Below the pieces are notes generated by a model. That model had not been told where the DNA came from, made no database searches, and saw nothing but the letters and a program-made list of their open reading frames with translations. From the NCBI RefSeq assembly GCF_988243305.1, contig NZ_OZ547136.1: DNA of 64,000 nt; one strand, written 5' to 3'. Below, one piece after another: positions 56,957 through 64,000 of this stretch; within the stretch, counting starts at the first letter, position 1, and the number at the start of each line of letters is the position of its first letter. The position numbers were made by a program, and so were the translations under genes.

Positions 56957-57577
56957 ATGACCACCCCAACTTTTGACACCATCGAAGCGCAAGCAAGCTA
57001 CGGCATTGGTTTACAGGTAGGCCAACAACTGAGTGAATCTGGCCTGCAAGGGCTGCTGCCGGAGGCGCTGGTGGCTGGTATTGCAGATGCGCTGGAAGGC
57101 AAACATCCGGCTGTTCCGGTTGATGTGGTGCATCGCGCGCTGCGTGAAATCCACGAACGCGCCGATGCCGTTCGTCGTCAGCGTTTCCAGGCGATGGCTG
57201 CCGAAGGTGTGAAATATCTTGAAGAAAATGCCAAAAAAGAAGGTGTGAACAGCACCGAATCTGGCCTGCAATTCCGCGTGATCAACCAGGGTGAAGGCGC
57301 AATTCCGGCACGTACTGACCGCGTTCGTGTTCATTACACCGGTAAACTGATCGACGGCACCGTGTTTGACAGCTCCGTTGCTCGTGGTGAACCCGCTGAA
57401 TTCCCGGTTAATGGCGTGATCCCTGGCTGGATTGAAGCACTGACTCTGATGCCGGTAGGTTCTAAATGGGAACTGACTATCCCGCAGGAACTGGCATATG
57501 GCGAGCGCGGCGCAGGCGCATCCATCCCTCCGTTCAGCACCCTGGTGTTTGAAGTCGAACTGCTGGAAATCCTCTAA
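56957..57577 (+). CDS. fklB: FKBP-type peptidyl-prolyl cis-trans isomerase FklB
   Basis: [25 protein letters not shown]…FEVELLEIL. Confidence 0.9.
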   Translation: MTTPTFDTIEAQASYGIGLQVGQQLSESGLQGLLPEALVAGIADALEGKHPAVPVDVVHRALREIHERADAVRRQRFQAMAAEGVKYLEENAKKEGVNSTESGLQFRVINQGEGAIPARTDRVRVHYTGKLIDGTVFDSSVARGEPAEFPVNGVIPGWIEALTLMPVGSKWELTIPQELAYGERGAGASIPPFSTLVFEVELLEIL

Positions 57578-57885
57578 GCAGCGCATTCTGTTCCCCTCGA
57601 ACCAGAGGGGAGCAGGCATTCAGCAATAAACCCTTCAGTTTGCCAAACGGCGCTATTTTGTGTTGCAAAGACCCCGTAAGCGTGTATTTTTGTGAGCTGT
57701 TTCGCGTTATCACCGTGATATGACACTCACTTTAAACATAAAATTAACATTAGATCTAAATCTTAGTATTCATCCCGCGTATTGTTACCTAATATCGATG
57801 AGTCCCGATACAGATTCGTCGTATCATAGACTGACTAAAGGCCGTAGAGCCTGAACAACACAGACAGGTACAGGAAGAAAAAAAC

Positions 57886-59298
57886 ATGGTAGATCAGGTA
57901 AAAGTCGTTGCCGATGATCAGGCTCCGGCTGAACAGTCGCTACGGCGCAATCTCACAAACCGACATATTCAGCTTATTGCCATTGGCGGTGCCATTGGTA
58001 CGGGGTTGTTTATGGGGTCTGGCAAAACGATTAGCCTTGCCGGGCCGTCGATCATTTTCGTTTATATGATCATCGGTTTTATGCTCTTTTTCGTGATGCG
58101 GGCAATGGGGGAATTGCTGCTTTCGAATCTGGAATACAAATCTTTTAGTGACTTCGCTTCCGATTTACTCGGGCCGTGGGCAGGATATTTCACCGGCTGG
58201 ACTTACTGGTTCTGCTGGGTTGTAACCGGTATGGCAGACGTGGTGGCGATCACTGCTTATGCTCAGTTCTGGTTCCCCGATCTCTCCGACTGGGTCGCCT
58301 CGCTGGCGGTGATAGTGCTGCTGTTGACGCTCAACCTTGCCACCGTGAAAATGTTCGGTGAGATGGAGTTCTGGTTTGCGATGATCAAAATCGTCGCCAT
58401 CGTGTCGCTGATTGTCGTCGGCCTGGTCATGGTGGCGATGCACTTTCAGTCACCGACCGGTGTGGAAGCGTCATTCGCGCATTTGTGGAATGACGGCGGC
58501 TGGTTCCCGAAAGGTTTAAGTGGCTTCTTTGCCGGATTCCAGATAGCGGTTTTCGCTTTCGTGGGGATTGAGCTGGTAGGTACAACAGCTGCGGAAACCA
58601 AAGATCCGGAGAAATCACTGCCACGCGCGATTAACTCCATTCCGATCCGTATCATTATGTTCTACGTCTTCGCGCTGATTGTGATTATGTCCGTGACGCC
58701 GTGGAGTTCGGTAGTCCCGGAGAAAAGCCCGTTTGTTGAACTGTTCGTGTTGGTAGGGCTGCCTGCTGCCGCAAGCGTGATCAACTTTGTGGTGCTGACC
58801 TCTGCGGCGTCTTCCGCTAACAGCGGCGTCTTCTCTACCAGCCGTATGCTGTTTGGTCTGGCGCAGGAAGGTGTGGCACCGAAAGCGTTCGCTAAACTTT
58901 CTAAGCGCGCAGTACCAGCGAAAGGGCTGACCTTCTCCTGCATCTGCCTGCTCGGTGGCGTGGTGATGCTGTATGTGAATCCTAGCGTGATTGGCGCGTT
59001 CACGATGATTACAACCGTTTCCGCGATTCTGTTTATGTTCGTCTGGACGATTATCCTTTGCTCGTACCTGGTTTACCGCAAACAGCGTCCTCATCTGCAT
59101 GAGAAGTCGATCTACAAGATGCCGCTCGGCAAGCTGATGTGCTGGGTATGTATGGCGTTCTTTGTGTTCGTGGTCGTGTTGCTGACACTGGAAGATGACA
59201 CTCGCCAGGCGCTGTTGGTCACCCCGCTGTGGTTTATCGCACTGGGGCTGGGCTGGTTGTTTATTGGTAAGAAGCGGGCTGCTGAACTGCGGAAATAA
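57886..59298 (+). CDS. cycA: D-serine/D-alanine/glycine transporter CycA
   Basis: 470-aa APC-family permease matching CycA as recalled. Confidence 0.9.
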   Translation: MVDQVKVVADDQAPAEQSLRRNLTNRHIQLIAIGGAIGTGLFMGSGKTISLAGPSIIFVYMIIGFMLFFVMRAMGELLLSNLEYKSFSDFASDLLGPWAGYFTGWTYWFCWVVTGMADVVAITAYAQFWFPDLSDWVASLAVIVLLLTLNLATVKMFGEMEFWFAMIKIVAIVSLIVVGLVMVAMHFQSPTGVEASFAHLWNDGGWFPKGLSGFFAGFQIAVFAFVGIELVGTTAAETKDPEKSLPRAINSIPIRIIMFYVFALIVIMSVTPWSSVVPEKSPFVELFVLVGLPAAASVINFVVLTSAASSANSGVFSTSRMLFGLAQEGVAPKAFAKLSKRAVPAKGLTFSCICLLGGVVMLYVNPSVIGAFTMITTVSAILFMFVWTIILCSYLVYRKQRPHLHEKSIYKMPLGKLMCWVCMAFFVFVVVLLTLEDDTRQALLVTPLWFIALGLGWLFIGKKRAAELRK

Positions 59299-59342
59299 CC
59301 GCATTATCATGCTGGATGGCGCAATGCCATCCAGCTTTTAGA

Positions 59343-60005
59343 TTACTCACCCGCCAACGCGCGTGGGAACAGTACATTGTTTTCCAGACTGATGTGATCC
59401 ATCAGGTCATCAATCAGTTCATTAATGCCGTTATACATCGCTTTCCAGGTGGTGCAGGCTTCTGGCGGCGGTGTGACGTTATTGGTAGTGTGTTTGATCA
59501 CTTCCAGCAGTTCGCCCGCTTCATCGTGCTCGCTTTCCATTACGCTGATTGGCCCCATTGCCTGGCTGCCCATGCCTTGTTTGATCATCGGGAAGAGGAT
59601 CTGCTCTTCTTTCATCATGTGGCTGGAAAGCTCTTCATGCAGCATGGTCAGGTATTTTGTCAGCCCTTTTGGCACGCTCGGTTTGTCGGCGTGAACGCGC
59701 TCGACTTTAGTCGCTTGCAGGATCAGCTCCGGCAGTTGCTCGCGGTGACGATCGTGGTAGCGCACGATGATATGGTCGATGATTTCTGCCAGCGGGGCGC
59801 TACGCCAGTCTTTCTCAATCGGTTGTTCAGCAAGCTTTGCCAGCTCAGCTTCAATGACCTCAACATCCAGTTCTTTACGTGCCGCCGCACGCGCCAGCGT
59901 TTGCTTACCGCCGCAGCAGTAATCCATATCATATTTACGAAACAGAGCCGAAGCGCGAGGGATAGAGAGCGCCAGTTCACCTAAAGGTTGGTCGCGATAA
60001 GCCAT
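59343..60005 (-). CDS. ytfE: Iron-sulfur cluster repair di-iron protein YtfE
   Basis: [37 protein letters not shown]… hemerythrin-like. Confidence 0.9.
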   Translation of the reverse strand: MAYRDQPLGELALSIPRASALFRKYDMDYCCGGKQTLARAAARKELDVEVIEAELAKLAEQPIEKDWRSAPLAEIIDHIIVRYHDRHREQLPELILQATKVERVHADKPSVPKGLTKYLTMLHEELSSHMMKEEQILFPMIKQGMGSQAMGPISVMESEHDEAGELLEVIKHTTNNVTPPPEACTTWKAMYNGINELIDDLMDHISLENNVLFPRALAGE

Positions 60006-60112
60006 AGCTGATACCTCATTCTTAATAAGATAAGATGTATTTTAAATGCATCTTTAAGGCAAATGCTATAACCCTTACGTAGCAGAGGCTTATTTAACTC
60101 ACTGCCAGTATG

Positions 60113-61087
60113 TCAACTTTCTGAGACAGATTCAGTTAAAGGCTTTTCCGGTTTTGCTCTGACTGCAATGACCACGCCAACCACTAACAGCGCGATACCG
60201 CTCAGCGTCATCAGCGGCGGCATTTGCTGGCGTATCAAAAAGGTGTACAGCAAACCTGCCAGTGTTTCGAAAACGATCAGCGGCCCGAGAATCACTGTCG
60301 GTAATCGCTGGCTGGCGACGTTCCAGCAGAGTGCGCCAACCCATGAGCAAAGCACGGCTATCGCAACCATCAGACTAATAAACACCAGCGGACGGGGGCC
60401 AAAAGGTAAGGAGAAGTCCGGCGTTTGTATATTCAGCCAGTAACAGGCGACGAGATAGCCGATGAGAGAAACCGGCAGCGTGACCAGCGCCTGCGCCGTC
60501 GCCCACATCATCGGATGTTTGTCGGGATTTTCCCGCAGCCAGCGGGCGTTGCGCAGGGCATACCATGCCCAGCAGACCACGGAAACTAACGCTAGCACGA
60601 TGCCAGAGGTATAACGTGCCCAGTCAAAATCGGGGAGTCCGTGGTTTAACTCAGCAATATTCACACACGCCAGGCCGATGCCAATACAAATCAGTGCCGG
60701 GGCGAGTTTTCCCCACGCGAGTTTGCCGTCGCGCTGGCTATAAAGCAGATTGGCAAAGACAGGAATGACCACCGGCAGGGTGCCAATAATCATCGTAGAA
60801 ACAGGCGCGCCAGTACGTTGAATGGCACTGGCAAGGCAGAAGTAATAGATGAGGTTGCCCATCATAGTGAGCATCAAGGCGGTAAGCCAGTCGCGACGCG
60901 CCAACTGACGCAGACGCACGCGTCCCAGCCAGGCAATGGGTAGCGCAATTAACCCTAACGCCAGATAACGCCCCATCGACTGCAACATCGCCGGGTATTC
61001 CGGCACGATCAACGGCCCGACAAAAATAAGCCCCCACATCAACCCTGCTAACAGGGCGTACAGCACGCCGCTAATCATTACTGGCAT
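60113..61087 (-). CDS. ytfF: Inner-membrane EamA/DMT-family transporter YtfF
   Basis: 324-aa polytopic membrane protein in the conserved position. Confidence 0.8.
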   Translation of the reverse strand: MPVMISGVLYALLAGLMWGLIFVGPLIVPEYPAMLQSMGRYLALGLIALPIAWLGRVRLRQLARRDWLTALMLTMMGNLIYYFCLASAIQRTGAPVSTMIIGTLPVVIPVFANLLYSQRDGKLAWGKLAPALICIGIGLACVNIAELNHGLPDFDWARYTSGIVLALVSVVCWAWYALRNARWLRENPDKHPMMWATAQALVTLPVSLIGYLVACYWLNIQTPDFSLPFGPRPLVFISLMVAIAVLCSWVGALCWNVASQRLPTVILGPLIVFETLAGLLYTFLIRQQMPPLMTLSGIALLVVGVVIAVRAKPEKPLTESVSES

Positions 61088-61186
61088 CCATTGGTCTGTC
61101 AGAAGAAACGTTCAGGAAGCAGACATGATTGCTCCCGGCATCCCGTCATTATCAGAGAGGATGCGGGAGGATGCCACTTTAATTAA

Positions 61187-62047
61187 CTATTTATTAACAT
61201 TAAAAAGATGGCTTACGCTTTCGGCTAACGTTGTCGTTGGGCGGCCAATCAATTTGCTCAGCGTTTTGCTGTCATCAAACAGACCGCCTTTCGATGCGCC
61301 AACGTCAGAATCCGCCAGCATATCCGCCAGTCCGTCAGGCAGGCCAACGCTTTTCAGCGCCGCAGCGAAATCGGTTTCGCTCAGATTTTGATAGGTAACC
61401 TGTTTGCCGCTCTGTTTGGTCAGCTCTGCCGCTAACTGTGTCAACGTCCAGGCACTATCGCCCGCCAGCTCGTAAACCTTGCCTTCGTGACCGGCTTCGC
61501 TAATCACGCGTGCCGCAGCTGCCGCATAATCTGCCCGCGTTGCCGAGGCAATTTTGCCATCGCCCGCGGCACCGATAAATACGCCGTGCTCCAGTGCTGC
61601 CGGGGCGCTGGCGAGATAGTTTTCGGTGTACCAGCCGTTGCGCAGCAGGGTGTAAACGATGCCAGAATCAGCCAACATTTTCTCCGTCTCGATGTGCTCA
61701 TCGGCGAGGCCGAGCGGAGATTTATCCGCGTGAAGCAGACTGGTATAAGCGATAAATTTCACGCCAGCCGTCTTTGCGGCATTAATAACATTACGATGCT
61801 GCGGGGCACGTTGACCCACTTCGCTGGAAGAGATCAGCAGTAGTTTTTCCACTCCCTGAAGTGCAGATGTCAGTGCGGCTTCATCGCCGTAGTCAGCCTG
61901 ACGCACGGTAATGCCTTGTGCTGTCAGTGCCTGGGCTTTTGCCGGATTACGAACGATAGCCACTATTTGGCTGGCAGGAACCGTTTTCATCAAGGATTTA
62001 ATAACATAGTGACCAAGTTGGCCAGTGGCACCAGTAATAGCGATCAT
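61187..62047 (-). CDS. qorB: NAD(P)H:quinone oxidoreductase QorB (YtfG)
   Basis: MIAITGATGQLGHYVI… NmrA-like Rossmann N-terminus. Confidence 0.85.
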   Translation of the reverse strand: MIAITGATGQLGHYVIKSLMKTVPASQIVAIVRNPAKAQALTAQGITVRQADYGDEAALTSALQGVEKLLLISSSEVGQRAPQHRNVINAAKTAGVKFIAYTSLLHADKSPLGLADEHIETEKMLADSGIVYTLLRNGWYTENYLASAPAALEHGVFIGAAGDGKIASATRADYAAAAARVISEAGHEGKVYELAGDSAWTLTQLAAELTKQSGKQVTYQNLSETDFAAALKSVGLPDGLADMLADSDVGASKGGLFDDSKTLSKLIGRPTTTLAESVSHLFNVNK

Positions 62048-62135
62048 GGGAAGTCTCCATCGTTTTGTCTTGTGTTTAAATACGCTAACACCTAAACTTA
62101 CTTTTAGTAAGTACGTACAAAAAGGTAAGTATGAA

Positions 62136-62516
62136 ATGAGTCAGGTTAGCCTGTCACAACAACTGAAAGAGGGTAATCTCTTTGCGGAACAGTGCCCGTC
62201 GCGCGAGGTGTTGAAACACGTCACCAGCCGTTGGGGGGTGTTGATTCTGGTGGCGCTACGCGAAGGTACTCATCGCTTTAGCGACCTGCGGCGCAAAATC
62301 GGTGGGGTGAGTGAAAAGATGCTTGCGCAGTCGTTACAGGCGTTAGAACAGGATGGTTTTCTTAACCGTATCGCGTATCCGGTGGTGCCGCCGCATGTGG
62401 AATATAGCCTCACGCCGCTGGGCGAGCAGGTGAGCGAAAAGGTTGCTGCACTGGCGGACTGGATTGAGTTGAATTTGCCCGAGGTGTTGGCGGTGCGGGA
62501 TGAACGTGCGGCATAA
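62136..62516 (+). CDS. ytfH: HxlR-family transcriptional regulator YtfH
   Basis: …CPSREVLKHVTSRWGVLILVALREGTHRFSDLRRKIGGVSEKMLAQSLQALEQDGFLNR… winged helix; start at MSQVSL. Confidence 0.8.
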   Translation: MSQVSLSQQLKEGNLFAEQCPSREVLKHVTSRWGVLILVALREGTHRFSDLRRKIGGVSEKMLAQSLQALEQDGFLNRIAYPVVPPHVEYSLTPLGEQVSEKVAALADWIELNLPEVLAVRDERAA

Positions 62517-62638
62517 CTGCCGGCTGCGCTTATCCGGCCTACGGTTCATGACTTGTAGGGCGGATAAGATGCGCCAGCATCGCATCCGACAAAAGTGCCG
62601 GATGCGGTTGATGATTTATAGGCCGAAAAAGAAGTGTA

Positions 62639-64000
62639 TTACTTACTCAAATCCACCTGATAAATCGCAAACCCGATATCATCGGTCGCGACTTTATTCA
62701 TCGGATATTGCCCTTTCTCTTTAATAAACGCCGCGGCTTTATCTGATGGAGAGGTTTCGAAACGGATATCCAGTTTCTTATCGCCAGCTATCGGTGCTAA
62801 ACGCCAGTTGTTATCTGCCGCCGGGTGAATTTCCCCCGCACGTTTCGACTCATCAGCAATCCACGCTGCCAGCACCGAGCGGTTCTCATCCGGTGAAGCA
62901 AAAGCGATATGGCTGTCGCCCGTACCGGCAAATTTGCCGCCGTAAGCGCGATAGTTATTGGTGGCAACCAGGAACATGGCGTTCGGATCAATCGGCTTGC
63001 CATTAAAGGTCAGGTTCTTAATCCTTTCCGCATTGGCATTAACCATCTGGCACTCGCCGTCATAACGGGCAGGCTGGGTAACATCAATCTGATAATTCAC
63101 ACCATCAATCACATCAAAGTTATAGGTGCGGAAACCATCCCAGTTGATGAGTGACTGTGGTTTCGTGTTGTCAGGATCAATCTGGTTAAACTGTCCGGCG
63201 GAGCACTCCAGCCACTCTTTCACCTCTTTACCGCTGGCTTTCACCACAATCAGCGTATTGGGGTAGAGATAAAGATCGGCGGCATTACGGAAGGTCAACT
63301 GGCCTTTTTCCACCTCCACATAGCTTGCCGGATCATTTTTGCGACCACCAACTTTAAACGGTGCAGCAGCTGAAAGCACCGGCAGTTTTGCCAGATCCGG
63401 ATCGCCCTGAATGTAATGCTCGACATACGCTTTTTGCGCGTTGTTCACCACCTGCACGGTCGGATCGTCCTGCACCAGCGCCAGATAGCTATACATATTG
63501 TCGGCGGATTTACCGATTGGCTTGCTGACGAACTGGCGTGTGGCATCGTGATCGGCTTTGAGTGTTTCTACTAGCTTGCTGTCTTCCGCCGCGAGGGATT
63601 TTTTATTGGCGATGTCGTAAATCGGCCGTGCTTCCGCTTTCGCCTGCGTCACCTGCCATTTACCGCTGTTATTACTGAGTTGTAAGTCGACCACCCCAAG
63701 ATGATCGCCCCACATGCCCGGCATTACCGCCGGAACACCATTCAGCGTGCCTTTCGCGATATCAGCCCCTTCGATATCAGCAAAATCTTTACCTGGGAAA
63801 ACGGCGTGAGCATGGCCAAACATAATGGCGTTAACGCCAGGAATTTCACTGAGGTAATAAACTGAGTTTTCCGCCATCACTTTATACGGATCGGCAGATA
63901 GCCCGGAATGCGCCAGAACGACAACGACATCGGCACCTTTCTCGCGCATTTCAGGCACGTATTTGCGCACGGTTTCGGTAATATCATTCACCGTCACTTT
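62639..64000 (-). CDS. cpdB: 2',3'-cyclic-nucleotide 2'-phosphodiesterase / 3'-nucleotidase CpdB (N-terminus outside window)
   Basis: C-terminal 452 aa with metallophosphoesterase and 5'-nucleotidase C-domain similarity; conserved position after ytfH. Confidence 0.9.
   Translation of the reverse strand, partial: KVTVNDITETVRKYVPEMREKGADVVVVLAHSGLSADPYKVMAENSVYYLSEIPGVNAIMFGHAHAVFPGKDFADIEGADIAKGTLNGVPAVMPGMWGDHLGVVDLQLSNNSGKWQVTQAKAEARPIYDIANKKSLAAEDSKLVETLKADHDATRQFVSKPIGKSADNMYSYLALVQDDPTVQVVNNAQKAYVEHYIQGDPDLAKLPVLSAAAPFKVGGRKNDPASYVEVEKGQLTFRNAADLYLYPNTLIVVKASGKEVKEWLECSAGQFNQIDPDNTKPQSLINWDGFRTYNFDVIDGVNYQIDVTQPARYDGECQMVNANAERIKNLTFNGKPIDPNAMFLVATNNYRAYGGKFAGTGDSHIAFASPDENRSVLAAWIADESKRAGEIHPAADNNWRLAPIAGDKKLDIRFETSPSDKAAAFIKEKGQYPMNKVATDDIGFAIYQVDLSK

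Noticed and set aside
57011-57619. 202-aa minus-strand ORF
   Set aside because: Antisense to fklB.
58615-59310. 231-aa minus-strand ORF
   Set aside because: Antisense to cycA; translation is Arg/His-rich.

Overview
This window reads as an Escherichia coli-type chromosome segment. The conserved core is ulaD / ulaE / ulaF / yjfY / rpsF-priB-rpsR-rplI / ytfB / fklB / cycA / ytfE / ytfF / ytfG(qorB) / ytfH / cpdB. The ulaE gene is split by a roughly 50-kb mosaic integrative island (about 590..50680) bounded by a perfect 14-bp direct repeat (CTCCCCGCCGGGGA at 576..589 and 50681..50694), with a P4-type tyrosine integrase at its right end. All calls are from reading the sequence and recalled family signatures; no database search was run. 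The island carries a CP4-57/CP4-44-like backbone on the minus strand (AlpA, YfjP-family GTPase, DUF932, KlcA antirestriction, RadC-like, YeeT-like, CbeA/CbtA toxin-antitoxin, YeeW-like). It also carries several IS elements (IS1, a rearranged IS66-family element, IS629 holding a group II intron, a decayed IS630) and two metabolic cargo modules: a sialic-acid (nan-like) cluster and a sigma-54-regulated DpaL / M20 peptidase / D-aminoacylase / MFS cluster. Remnants of idnO, a LacI-type regulator and yjgR lie next to the integrase. The most interesting feature is a translationally coupled three-gene operon in the variable slot between the YfjP-like GTPase and the DUF932 gene: a CrfC/YjdA-like dynamin-family GTPase (794 aa), a 301-aa partner protein, and a patatin-like phospholipase (356 aa). 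I propose it as a candidate, apparently undescribed membrane-targeting defence or abortive-infection module. Next to it is an AT-rich 305-aa ORF with a C-terminal ribbon-helix-helix-like tail. A second IS1 copy truncates an MFS transporter gene just past rplI. No tRNA, rRNA or CRISPR array was recognised.
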